DNA from: Styela clava
Taxonomy: Eukaryota
Assembly: GCF_964204865.1 (NCBI RefSeq)
Contig: NC_135257.1
Location: 6,200,001-6,264,000 of the forward strand
Length of the DNA: 64,000 bases
Direction: 5' to 3'
Positions 1 through 15,296 of this stretch are shown in pieces; position 1 is the first letter of the stretch, and each line of letters opens with the position of its first letter. Under the pieces are notes generated by a model. It was not told the DNA's origin. It saw only the letters and a list, made by a program, of their open reading frames with translations, and made no database searches. The position numbers and the translations under genes were made by a program.

Positions 1-149
1 TAACAATATGTCAAAAACAAAATCTGATTAATTTTATTAAGAAACAACACGAAATGCGATTTTTCGATTACTCTCCGAATGTGACGCGGGCCACAGATAA
101 TGAAGCGGCGGGACACATGTGCCCTCTGGGCCTGGGTTTGGACCACCCT
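1..149. mobile_element. Right end of a non-autonomous hAT (Charlie/Buster-like) MITE, cut by the window edge
   Basis: GCGGGCCAC...GGGTTTGGACCACCCTG followed by GTCTA. The same terminus is seen at 14915-14931. Confidence 0.6.
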
Positions 150-651
150 GGTCTATAACTTAAACCAAATTTTGATGTTTCAGCTAAAAAATAGCTCAAG
201 GAGTTGTTGAGATTACGATCAAATTAATTTTGGCACGAGGCTTATTGTTTTCAACTTTTGCTTTTGTAACACTGTAAATATTGTTCATAAAATGTAACTT
301 TTTACGTTACACTTACATGTCCCGCCAGTATAGGTGGGCAAAATTTTCGGTCTTTAATCCAAAAACCTTGTCCTCCTCTGGTCTGGTCTATAGTACATAC
401 CAAATAGTATTGGGAATTTTTATCGAGGCGCTGAACGCTTTTCACCCCTGCAACGGTCGCCATATTCGACGTGTATATATGTTAAAAAACAAAATGGGTT
501 TTAGAGTCAACGAAATTTGGCTTTGAAAATTTTCTTTGAAGGTACGCATTCAAGACTACTTTCTACTTGATTACGTCATTGAAAAACTTCAACTTTCCGT
601 AACTCCACTTTGAATTTACGAACGCAAATAACGTAAATAATTTATGAATTC

Positions 652-2632
652 CAGCTATACGGCTCGGTTAGCACATGCGAAAAGGGCGTCACCGTAAGTG
701 TACACAATGACGAGTATGAAGAACTCGGGCTTTAGAAAAATGTACGAGGACGCTCTGTCGCTGCTAGTTACAAAACTCCATACAATACCGAAGTTCTTAC
801 TTGAGAAAAACAGGCGTGGAGGTGGTTTAGCGTAAAAATGGTCTGGTTTTGCGATTTTATTTGTCTTCCATATTCGAGTCCTGCTTTGTTATCACAGCTT
901 GGTTGGCACATACGAAAAGGGCGTCATCGTAAGAGTACACAATGACGAGTATGAAGAAGTCAGGCTTTAAAAAATGTACGAGGGCGCTCTGTCGCTGCTA
1001 GTTACAAAACGCCATACAATACCGAAGTACTCACTTGAGAAGAACAGGCGTGGAGGTGGTTTAGCGTAAAATGGTCTGGTTTTGCGATTTTATTTGTCTT
1101 CCATATTCGAGTCCTGCTTTGTTATCACAGCTTGGTTGGCACATACGAAAAGGGCGTCATCGTAAGTGTACACAATGACGAGTATGAAGAAGTCAGGCTT
1201 TAGAAAATGTACGAGGGCGCTCTGTCGCTGCTAGTTACAAAACTTCATATATTACCAAAACACTTACTTGAGAAAGACAGGCGTGGAGGTGGTTTAGCGT
1301 AAAAATGGTCCGGTTTTCGCGATTTAATTTGTCTTCCATATTCGAGTCCTGCTTTTTTATAACTAGGGATGTACCGATACCACTTTTGTCGCCGATACCG
1401 ATCCGATAACAGCTAAAAAGGGCCGATACCGATATTAGAAAACGACCGATATTCCGATACCGATACTATGTAATTATTACCTCAAGTATGCAGGGCAGAC
1501 GGTTTTAAACAATAGTCTTTGACATTATTATTAGTGCACATTATTTCGGATCAAAAAAGAGAAGTATCACATACATATATTTATATTAAGAAGTAGATGT
1601 TTGGGATCCAAATGCGGCAATTGATTCTGATGCATTGAGAACTGGCGCTAGTAATCTCGGTGTTCAATTAGAAAACTAATAGGATTTGGCTACTGTCGGT
1701 GGTAAAATAAATAAAGGTTTAGCCTACTTTTCATTTGAAACTGGTACATTGAGATACTTGCGCAGGATTTTGTGTCAATATACCGTCGTATTTTATATTT
1801 TACACATCGGAACATCCACTAATATTCGATTGATATATTTCTGCATAATTGCCATGTAATATTAAAAACTTTGATATAAAAATTTGGCAGCAAAAATACT
1901 CAAATTGATTGAGCCAGTTTGGCTGATAAACGGCTAGAAACAGGTCAGAATCCGATTCCCGTTTCTACTAGCGGGGGTGGGGACGTACATGGCTCATGGT
2001 TCACGATCTATCCGAGCAAAAAATAATTTCAAGATTAGTATTCTAACCCATTTTCAGAACATTCTGGATCATATTGAGAAGCTAAATATATCGGAAATAC
2101 CGGTCTCAAAGTAGCCGATACCGAAAAATTGGCCGGTATTGGTACATCTCTAGTTATAACAGCTTGGTTGGCACATACGGAAAGAGCGTCACCGTAAGTG
2201 TACACAATGACGAGTATGAAGAAATCAGGCTTTATGAAATGTACGGGGGCGCTCTGTCGCTGCTAGTTACAAAACTCCATACAATACCAAAGTATTTACT
2301 CTCACTCGAGAAAGACAGGCGTGGAGGTGGTTTAGCGTAAAAATAGTCTGGTTTTCGCGATTTTAGTTGTCTTCCATATTCGAGTCCTGCTTTGTTATAA
2401 CGGCTTGGTTGGCAGATACGAAAAGGGCCTCACCGTAAGTACACAATGACGAGTATGAAGAATTCAGGCTTTAGAAAATGTGCGAGGGCGCTCTGTCGCT
2501 ACTAGTTACAAAACTTCATACAATACCAAAGTACTTACCTGAGAAAGACAGGCGTGGAGGTGGTTTAGCGTAAAAATGGTCTGGTTTTCGCGATTACATT
2601 TGTCTTCCATATTCGAATCCTGCTTTGTTATA
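652..2632. repeat. Tandem array of five ~233-243-bp units, interrupted by a MITE
   Basis: Units start at about 652, 895, 1128, 2160 and 2401 (CAGCTTGGTTGGCACATACGAAAAGGGCGTC...TTCGAGTCCTGCTTTGTTATAA) and are highly similar to each other. Confidence 0.9.
1364..2152. mobile_element. hAT (Ac/Tip100-like) MITE
   Basis: TIRs TAGGGATGTACC...GGTACATCTCTA, 8-bp TSD (T/G)TTATAAC at 1356-1363 and 2153-2160, and multiple subterminal CCGATA(C) repeats. Confidence 0.85.
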
Positions 2633-4090
2633 ATTTCTCAAATATGAAAGGTTTAGCTAGCAAGTTAGTGGTGGGATTGCGTGTTTACCGAATATCTAAA
2701 ATTGCAGATAATAATGACAATCTGTTTTGATTTGTTTTGACGACATCGCGATCAAATTGATTGGTGACGCGAGTCGTGATCGACTAACCCAGTGTGTAAA
2801 CATCTCCGAAGTCATAAATGTTATAGCAAAATGTCGTAAACATTGGGATAAAATGTCGCATGTTTGTATACCCATAAAGTGACTGCTGAACCAGCGCCAG
2901 TGTTTTTAGCGTAAACGCATCAACCAAAATTTGAAAGTCATGTGTATTTTCATAGTCGTCTGAGTTTCGGATTTGCGTTTCAACCTTACACATTTGTCTG
3001 ATTATATTATTGGGTAGTAGACCATAGCGTTGCGACTGCAGGTTTCGATGGCTTAAAGGTCCACACTATGCTATCATACTTAATATCTGAAGTGGACTGG
3101 GTTGCCAATTCACGCTTTCGCACATTGCGCTTGCGACATACTGTGTAATTACGTCACCGTGGCTGTCCTTTATTTGCCGCCAGCGCTGAAATAAGTGATC
3201 CATAAAATCCCTCCGCGTGACGCACAGTGCTAATAAAGGAAACAAAAGGATAAACGAGTTTCAGGCGGTTGAAGCGGATGAATATGTTGCAATTTTAACA
3301 TCCTGTTCTATTTACCGCATTGAGCAAACGTGATTGGTGCAATAAAGTGGCGCCGACGTTGCAAACTTAGAATTCAAATTTAGAACATGCCTTTCCGTCT
3401 GTTGAGCCACTGAAAAATAATGTCGCATCGGCTTGTTGAGATTAGCCTCACATTTGTAATTCTCATTTAACCGTTCTTGTGTCAGACAAGAAGTCAGCTA
3501 GTCGCCCTCCATTAGCGTGGTGCGTATACAGCCCCGTTATTTATGTAAATCGATAAAGTTAAGTCAGAACGAATACCAGTCTGCCAGTGTGGGTTTTCGA
3601 CTATCTTGCTCTAAATTGTGTTTTCCAGTTGATTTATTTAGCTGGAACTCCAGAACTATAATATTTTGGCGAATTGTGTGATTATGGTATCTCATTCGTA
3701 TTGTCGACCATAGTCTGGCTTTGCATTGTTATTAATTCTGTAATTTTGGGCGATCGATCAATGACATCATGTTCTCAGATTTTGGAGCATGGTATGGGTT
3801 AGTTCTGTAGTACGCTTGTCTGTCTGTACTTGCACATGGCAGCATGGAGCGTGCGTTCACGCTGTAACCGTCCGCAGGTCTGTGTTTAATATTTCATCGC
3901 CTCGCTTTCGACTGTTCGCAACGGGTTTCTTTCTTACAGTATTTTATCACTGTATCTTGTCGTCGCATTTGCCTTAGTATGCGTTGCAAGACCATGGGCG
4001 ATAAATAAAATTGATCATTTTATCTCTTGCTCTCTGCTATTGCAGATTAAACTACTTTTAGTCATTTAAATAATTCTCAAGAAAAAAAAC

Positions 4091-6331
<2,241 letters not shown>

Positions 6332-7349
6332 GCTGGAAGTTCCATCTTCAAATGCTTACCCTATACGCACTATATATGTATATTTGTACCCATCCCCATC
6401 TTTTCCCACTTAACTACATCTACAATGTAAACACGACCAATAGAAAATATCACATGATTGTCGGACGTTGTGAAAGAATCTTCAATGTACCAAGATTCAT
6501 GTGTAACAATGGCATTTGAATGATTCGGCCTCTCGTTTGTGAAATGTTTATTTGACAAGTCTCCTGTCTATAACAACTGGATGGTAACACGATCTTGTAG
6601 TTTTTTCTGCTCTTGTTTGCTTTGTATTCATCTTCTTTGTGTCATTGTCATATTTTTCTCAACATTTACTAGCATTTTCTTATTGAACTAAATCACCATT
6701 CCTAGTTGGCCAATTATTTCATCGCATGGTTGGTTACGTCCCGCTTGGACACGTTCCACCTTGTGAATATTTTGAATATCGCCATTAGCGTTCATGCAGT
6801 GCCCGCCCTTCTTTGAGTGCAATGTTATAATATTGAGCCTGCCACTTAATAGAGTTTCAACTTTCTACCCTAATTGTTCTGTTAATGCCTTTAAATGCGA
6901 TTTTTGACAAAAGTATGTGCCTTCCTTCCGGGAATGAATAAAATTTCGAGACAGTGATTTAGTGTTATTCATTGTTCATTAGAACACTCTTCATTAAATC
7001 GAAGTTAGTGTCGCGCTCCAGTTAAAAGCCGCTGCAACGGGAATCGACCGGGGTTCGAAAAGACCTTTTGTGACTCCGTACTAAGAACTGGTTACAGAAC
7101 TTTTATTCGCAATCTGGGTGTTAAACCTTATTTTTTGTATTTTTCTATGATTCCCCACTTTCAAAGATATCATTCACGTTTAAGTCGTTTCGAATTTGTA
7201 AAGACGTTTTTCAGAATGAATCCGATTTGGATTGAACAGTTTAACGAAAATATGTCTTTCTTTTTTTCAAGAGGCAAGACAATATTGATATATAGCTACA
7301 CCAATTTATGTGAGCAACAACCAATCTAAGAATTATTATAATTTTACTA

Positions 7350-8038
7350 CAGTAAAAACTACCTGCGAAATTAATTTGTTCCGGAAGCCCCTTCAGAGGT
7401 AGAAAATTCCTTTAAGTAGGGACGTATTTTACATGTAAATGCCCTAATCCGTTCCAAGACCATGCACACAAAACTTGGACATTATATTTGTATAAATTAT
7501 AATACATCAATTGTCAATGATGAAGGATTAAGACGAGAAAAGTACTTTAGTATTTTTCGTGGCGCTTATTTAAATATTTCATGTCGGCTGTTATGGTTTT
7601 ATTTTTGCTTATAATTTTATACCGCCAAGGCGCCAACTCAAACTAAACAATATTGTCATTAACGACGTCGGGATAACGATAAAATCCGCGATAGATACTA
7701 AATAATATTTAGAAGCTATTTTATACGCTCTAAATTACAAAAAAGGAATAAAAATTCTGTTATGTTGGGTCACTATCGAAACTGAGAATGAAAAACAATT
7801 ACGACACAATTTGCTCTTAGATTTATTGCTGAGGTTGCACAAACTAAATTGAAATATACGTAGAATAATTGTAAAAATATTTTTATATTTTACAGAATAA
7901 GCCCACATAAATTATAAAATCTATATGATTTGAGACAAAAAATGGCCTCGTATGCGTTATTTCACTGAAAAATATGTTATAGCAAAGGTACGGCACAAAG
8001 CTCGAGTATATCTTGACCTCGATACCTTGAGTTTACCG
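7350..8038. mobile_element. Possible Tigger/pogo-type MITE
   Basis: TA-flanked imperfect TIRs CAGTAAAAACT...GAGTTTACCG and an internal TCCGTTCCAAGACC motif resembling Tigger ends. Confidence 0.4.
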
Positions 8039-8744
8039 TAATTCCTTATATTGCATTCCATATTTGTACCACTGCAGCGTTTGTCAAATGCACCGCCCAA
8101 TAGCACTAGCATAGCCTACGGTTCAAAATAAGTACATAGAACGCCATAATTGCCTTTAACATAATGCAAAATTACGCCGACGAGTTCTCAGTACTACGTC
8201 ATCAACTCAACAGGACATACTGGAAATTGCGGACTGAATGGATGTTTCCCAGAGCATCGACTTCCTTGTTTACTTCATGACATTGGCCAATCAGCAAGAT
8301 GCAAAAAGGAACGTAGTTTCGCATCCGCTCAGACATTTTTCTCGTTCAGACAGATTTTCAGGCGTTGTCGTAAACATTACCTCGTTTTCGCGTTTTTAAA
8401 ATCTATTCGTTAGTTTCTAGTTATGTTTCGAATATTTAAATATATATCAAATAATATAATGATCACTTTGTTCTCTTAGGAGTTTCAGTTTAATTGCAGT
8501 AATCAAAAATTAGTGTAGAAATAGCTGTTATGGATTTAAGCTAAAATTCTTTACCGGTACTTTTAAAAAACAGATTGTTGAATGCTAAGAATCAGAATGA
8601 TGGTTTGAAACAAAAATACCCCATTTTACAGGGGTCAACTGGCAAAACCACTCTTCAATGGTAAAATATGGGAAGAATTTCACGGGGTCAAAGGTCGGGA
8701 AAAGGTCCAAAGCTCGCTTTATTCGGTCACAATCACGGTGCGTT

Positions 8745-9485
8745 TACTTGACGGCATCCGGAGACGGCTTAGTCCTATGCTCCGATTTCATAATTTTTAA
8801 TTTCGAAAAGAAAGATTCGCACATATATGTTGTTCCTATTGCCGCTGCAATACCATTTTTCTCAGGCTGAAAAACTCATTTTCATTGATACACTCACTGT
8901 AGAATTTAAGTTTTCTATCTCCCTGAAACAACTGTTTGCGTATATTCTGGGGCCTCTTCTACCCGAATGTCAACGGGACGCATACAAAGTTTTGAAGAGA
9001 CCGTCGAATTTTGCAATTAGGCGAATGTCTCTTTAAATGCTTTCAACAACTTTGCGACTTTGTCTCAAATATTTATAGAAATCCATATTGTTGCTGTAGA
9101 AGTTAATTAGTAATGGAAAATGAACTGCTTTCTTCAATTCAAATTGAGTTTCATACAGTTCAAGCCTTGGGATAAATGCCTGTATATCTTCATAGCAGTC
9201 TGTGATCAATTTGACAATGGGTAGAGAATTCATTATATCGCCACAGATGTTGCATGCTTGAGTGGCCCTCCGTAAAATCATAATCTGTGGCGTTAACGAC
9301 GCTTTTCTCATGGAGGAGCCGCGTGAAATTGAAGCCTCAAATCTAGCAAGATTTGATATCATACCAGAAATTTTTTTTGTTAAATATGTTTATACGTCCG
9401 TATTTATATAAAAACTTTAAGTGGGCCGCACGAATCCTTCCCGTGAGCCGCATGCGGCCCGCTGGCCGCGGGTTGGACACCACTG
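8745..9485 (-). mobile_element. Internally deleted hAT element (Buster/SPIN, GTF2IRD2-like) with a transposase C-terminal relic
   Basis: Minus-strand peptides LITDCYEDIQAFIPRLELYETQFELKKAVHFPLL and AAAIGTTYMCESFFSKLKIMKSEHRT (hAT dimerisation motif). TIR end CAGTGGTGTCCAACCCGCGGCC on the minus strand at 9485. Confidence 0.75.
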
Positions 9486-10270
9486 CTCTAAAGTCTAAAT
9501 CCGACCTTGCGCATGGCTGTTTTGTATTCTTGGTTGGTAGAGTTGAGATAAATGTTTTTTTCATGATTGCCACGACATATCCCCTAATTTATTTGTAGTA
9601 GTATATATTTACGATTCTACCTATGTCTTATATATTTACGATTCTACCTATGTCTTATTATTATTGTCCTTTGGAAATTTTCAATGCAAATTTTGTAGTA
9701 AATATTTTTTTTTAAAAGCTGGCTTAACGGCAAGCGTAACTAACCAATCGTTTGTAATAAATTATTAATATAAAACGTTCAAAACATAGGTATAGGTATT
9801 TCATCGAATGACTTACTACATACAGTTTTTTGAATCACTGCGAAACGAAAATTGGGCAACCGTGATGTACCGCCTGCCATACACAATAAGCATTAAATTT
9901 AACTGCTTTTCTTTGTAAATTAATCTAAGTTTTCTACGAATAATTGGTCCTCAATCATCATTGAAGCATGGGTGGACGTTGCATATCATATATTTTCAAA
10001 CGAAAAGTCCATAGGAGATTCGGATGTAACAATTTGAATTAGCGTCTTGTAGCGACATGTAACTTAAGTAAAAAGTTACCGCAAAATTTTATTTGCAACG
10101 TATAGATTCATTGAGCTTAGTGCATCATAACTTTGCAACCACTTCCGGTGTTTGTAAAATGTTTTTCGTTTCTGAGAAGCAATATAAGATAAGAGCGAAA
10201 TAACAGCAACAACCGATTCAGTAACGTATATGTACAGTTCTAGATAGCAACAAAAGAAACCAAAAAGATA

Positions 10271-12095
10271 ATGCGTGAGATAATACATTTGCAAGTGGGA
10301 CAATGCGGAAATAGAATAGGATCAAAGGTCAGTAGAACATGGAGAAAAATCATTTGTGAGCAAGGTCGTAATGACCAACCCAGACACAAGGTGCTTGGAT
10401 GTTTTGGCCGATAATAATTCACAATTATACCGGCACTACGTTGTGTGTGATATTTGTGTGAAACAAGCCAAGATCATCGTTCACTGCATTGAAAATTGTA
10501 TCAAGGGTGTATACTATGTTTTGGAGAAATACACTTGAATCAATACACAAGTCCCTAAAATCTTTATTCACATCATAATTTAGCGAAATCGTGATTCCTT
10601 CTATTATACGGCCCAGTAATTGGAATTTTGTTCTTTAACCTACTGCATTAAATAATACCATTTATTTCAAGTATTGGGAAACTCTCATTGCGGAGCACGG
10701 AATAAACGAAAAAGGATTCTACCATGCTAGCGCAGTGAAGAATGTTTTGGAAAGGGACAATGTTTACTTCCGAGAAATGAATGGTTCGATGATGATTTTG
10801 TCCGCTATAACTCGGTTTAAAAAAAGTATCTGAATGTTTATTTTTCAGGTCACCATGTTCCCCGTGCAGTATTGGTCGACCTCGAGCCCGACAGTCTGGT
10901 ACGCACTAGATCATGTGCTGTTGGTCAACTGTTTCGTCCCGACAACTATATGTTTGGTATGAATTTTATTTTTTTACTCGGTGTCGTATTGCTCCATTTC
11001 AACTCGACCCTACCCTTTCAGGTACCAACGGCGCGGGAAATAATTGGGCTAAAGGTTTTTATACTGAAGGTGCTGAGATTTTGGATGATATCATGGAGGT
11101 CATACGCAGAGAAACGGAGAGCTGCGATTGCTTTGAAGGGTTTCAAGTGTGCCATTCGCTCGGCGGTGGAACTGGATCGGGCTTAGGAACGCTTATAGGA
11201 CAAAGAATTAAGGATTTATATCCCGATAGAATGTTGATGAACTTCAGCGTTTTCCCTTCTGCTGAGGTATCTGAGGCTGTTGTCGAACCGTACAATGCGA
11301 CGCTGTCTATTACTAAGTTGCTTGAACACTCTGATGAAGTTATTTGTTTCGATAACAAATCTCTCTACCATATCTGCAACAAAACCATGAAGACTAAAAC
11401 TCCGCATTACAAGGATCTCAATTATTTTATTTCTGTTGCGATGAGTGGTGTTACCACCAGTCTAAGGTTTCCCTGTAATTTGAATTATTCTTTACGCAAA
11501 TTTGCACTAAATATGAATCCATTTCCACGATTGCACTTCATTATGCCTGGGTTTTCTCCTATGTCGAGCGAAAAAGGAGATGAATTAACTTCTTCTGAAC
11601 TGACCCAGCAATTGTTTCACGAAGAAAACATGTTGATGTCTTGCAATCCCGCAGACGGGCGTTACTTATCTGCATCGGCATTGTTCAGAGGCCAGGTGTT
11701 GATGGTAGAAGTAGACAAAGAAATAGCTAAAATCCAGGACGAACGTCGTAACAATTTCCCAGCGTGGATTCCAGACAATCTTTTAACAGATTACTTTAAA
11801 GTTCCACTTGGAAATCTAAACAAAGCAGCCACAGTCGCATGCAACAATACGGCAATACAAGTAATTTATTTTCTATTTCCATTTATACGGTATTGATTTT
11901 TAAATATGTTTTCAAATAATTTAAAATTAAATTCAGAAAATATTCACTTGCGTCTGTGATCAATTCACCGCAATGTTTCGCCGGAAAGCGTTTTTGCATT
12001 GGTACCAGGGCGAAGGCATGGATGAGTTGGAATTTACAAATGCTCATAACGACATCAAAGATTTAGTCAGCGAGTACCAGCAATATCAAAAATGA
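10271..12095 (+). CDS. Divergent beta-tubulin paralog, 424 aa, lacking the acidic C-terminal tail
   Basis: Exons 10271-10327, 10672-10783, 10849-10956, 11022-11860 and 11937-12095 (GT-AG, 1275 nt, no internal stop). Same four intron positions as the neighbouring gene. [21 protein letters not shown] and [11 protein letters not shown] retained. Ends SEYQQYQK*. Confidence 0.9.
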
Positions 12096-13775
12096 TGAAA
12101 TACAGTAGAAATCACCAACGCCCGTATGGACCACATGAGTCGCCCAGAAGTCCTAAATTTAAAATTAGTTCTAAAATTAGCTCAAATAACGTCGGTTATC
12201 AATAAGCTGCATATATTAATTTTATTCCTTGTTATAATTATATCACCCTAATATGAGAACCGTGATTGAACATGGAATATCCAACTCAAGCATTCTAATC
12301 AACTTTCACCCATCATTTTATTACGTATGTTGTTATATTCAACTTTATCAGTGTCTCCTCGTGGTTGAATACCATTAATAGTGATGGTTAAAGCTCAATC
12401 GAGCAAATTGGCTTTTCAGAAGTGTGCATCCAACTGGTATAGTCATTAGCCTAATCAGTACTCAGGAAGAAGCCCTCGGTTTCATAAAGGTTGGTGACCC
12501 TCAGAATATATAATGATCACAGTGAGTTAACTACTGTATCAAAATTGAATATCTCTCTCTCTCTATATATATATACAAGAAACTCGAAAAATGGAAAGTA
12601 AACAAACCATTTTAAACATTAGGCCTGATGGAGAATGTCGTCATCGGAGCATAAATTTGCATTTTCATAATTTTGGTCAGATTGCTTCCTTTAATCTTGA
12701 CGTGTAGGCAATCTCATTAAGTTTGCTGATATACCTGGCTACAATTTGTTAAAGGATTTACAACGAAACTGGAAGGGTTTGGAAATTACGCGTAAGGAAG
12801 AATAACGGAGAAAGCTCTATTTTGCCAACCATTAAAATGCAATTTGACCAAACTAAAGACGAATGCAAATTTATGTTATATTTCCCTCAAGACCTGATAT
12901 TAAAATTGTTTTGTTTATGCCACCTATTTTCGGGTGTGGGTGCATGCACCCAAGATTCTATTTTAAGCTCCTCATTTTCGTAATTTATATTTTAAATGTT
13001 TTTCATATTTTAGATATATATATATATATATATTTACTTTTAAGTCAAGTATCTCACAATATTGTTTAAATGCTTTTAATATAATATTTATCAGTAATGA
13101 CCGATACGATGTTCAAAAAATCGGGAAATGACTGGTGGCGTGCATTTTTGTACATCCCCGGAAAAGTTTCATGGCGGGCCATGCCATAACTGTAAAACCA
13201 TCAATAACTAAACTAACGTTTTCCGGAGATGAAGAATTCACCTACCGAAGAAAGTAGAAGAATGCCGACCTTATGGTACCGTCATGTGGTACAGAAAGAA
13301 ATGCTGCTATAAAACAACAAAAAGGAGTAACTATAAAATTGTATGAAGCACTCACACTTGTCAGACAATAAATAAATGTGTATACTTTTCTCAAATTTTC
13401 AGGAGTTTTTTATCGCGAAAGATTCCGGAATTGTTTAGTGAAAACCCCTAACTCGAAATATCATATTAGGTTCCGAAATCCCAACCCCAAGGAAACACTC
13501 GTACCTTCTTCATCGGCAACAGCTTTCTATTTGAATTTTGCACGTTTCAAATTTATTTCATGTTTTATCCGAGCATCTTTCATTTTCAGTCACTCGTACT
13601 CCAGAAACACGCTCGTCTCACTTTACCACACTCGTCCGACTTATCCCACTGTTCCGAATTAGTGCACATTTATGTATGTTCTGGGAAAATAGTTGAAGTA
13701 AGTATAAGAAAAGGAAATCATGCTTTTCCCGTGATGTTAGATATGAAGCTTTAGCTGTTTAGCATAAGGTAAGAG

Positions 13776-15296
13776 CAGGGGCGGATTAAGCCTCTTTGGT
13801 GCCCTAAGCACTGAAGACTTTGGTGCCCCCTCTTGTGTAATTTAATTATAAAAACAATAAACCACATTAGTGTATTATCTATTAAAAATAATTACAACCA
13901 GCAATAAATAAAACAACTTTTACGAATATTTTTAGGTTTTTTAACTGTTATATATAGCCGATATATATATATATATCGGCCGGTTACTGCCGATATGTTA
14001 TATCGGCAAACACGCAATATCGGGCCGATATATCGGTTGAGCTCTAATCCTGAGGGACTGTGACAATAAAGATTCATGCCTCCAATCTCAACGTGGATCG
14101 AAATACCAAAGGATACAAGTCACAACTGTAGTTTGAAATTTTACCGGTACCTAGTAGTCTACCTCAGGTGGTTCATGGTTGCTAGGTTGCAGTACCGCAA
14201 ACACTTTTGAAGAGGTCTCGCGGGCCGCAAGTCGGAGAAAACCCAAAAGTGATCGAAATATCGCGAGTTTACTTACTTTAAATTTAACAAACAACGAGAG
14301 TTTACCGTTCTAATCAGACTATTATTATGTTGCATGGATGGCGTTCTTTTAAAGAAGATTTATAAAGCTCTCAGTTATTCTAGAGTTAATTCCCGAGAAT
14401 TACCGTTGTAGTTTGCGCATCTCGCGTTTAATGTCGCTTCAAATTTTATTCTTTCGTGACCGATATTACTTGAAATTAAACCAGACACTGTGTGATGGGC
14501 AAGGAAATACGTTTCCGCCGTGTTTTCCTTATGTCACCTTTCTTGCGACATTCATTTTATTACGCATTGTTATATTGAGTAATTTGAAAACTTGCAGCGT
14601 GAGCAAGCTTAGTGCCATCGTCAAATACCAACTAGTTCCGTCTGAGTTGGTATTTCGGGACCTAGCTAAAAAAAAACTGAACTGTGCGGCGTTAAGTCGG
14701 CTCTGCGTTTTGTCACTACAGTCACATGGTCGACGCTTGAAAACAGAGGAGTGTTTTTACTAAAATAAAGGCACAAAGCGTTAGAAAAATGGTTTGAATC
14801 TCGGGATCCCAACCCCAGTTGGAATAGCTAAAAAAACTGAAAAAAGTTTCCCCATTAGATACAAATATACGCTAAAATTGTTCTGTGAGCCGCACGGAAT
14901 GTATCAGCATGACCGGGTTTGGACCACCCTGGTCTACTTTATCAAAAAACTCCCGACCTCGCTGACCACTAGATCGTTGAAATGCGATCGTGGACCCGCC
15001 ACATAGTGTAAATAGTTCGTTGGTCCAATTGTTGAGGAGGAAAGAATTTTTTTAAAACAAAATGCAGCAACAAGGAGAAGTCTAGAAAGAAAAACAACAA
15101 CAATTTAAGAGAACGACTCATGGGTCCATTTCGTGTCCAATAAATAAGTTTCAGTGTTTATTTTTAATAAAGAAGGTTAATATGGTACTTGAAGACGGAA
15201 AATAAGGAACATTTTGAAGTTTGCTCTAAAATTTTTGTGGTGCCCCTCTTTGCTTGGTGCCCTAAGCACGTGCTTATATTGTTTAATCCGGCGCTG
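13776..15296. mobile_element. hAT (Tip100-like) MITE carrying nested insertions
   Basis: TIRs CAGGGGCGGATTA...TAATCCGGCGCTG, perfect 8-bp TSD GGTAAGAG (13768-13775 and 15297-15304), and subterminal GGTGCCC repeats. Confidence 0.85.
14165..14931. mobile_element. hAT Charlie-like MITE nested in 13776-15296
   Basis: Ends CAGGTGGTTCA...TTTGGACCACCCTG, with TSD GTCTACCT/GTCTACTT. Confidence 0.7.

Noticed and set aside
652-2632. CRISPR-like array or snoRNA/SL-RNA cluster
   Set aside because: Units repeat along their whole length with no unique spacers, the context is eukaryotic, and I recognise no D box, Sm site or known leader sequence.
10236-10250. RFX X-box upstream of the divergent tubulin (GTTCTAGATAGCAAC)
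   Set aside because: Only the right half-site fits the consensus, which is too weak to call.
10672-10956. Intron sliding in the divergent tubulin (exons 112/108 nt versus 109/111 nt)
   Set aside because: Alignment shows the intron at the same Gly codon, with separate +1 and -1 codon indels on either side.
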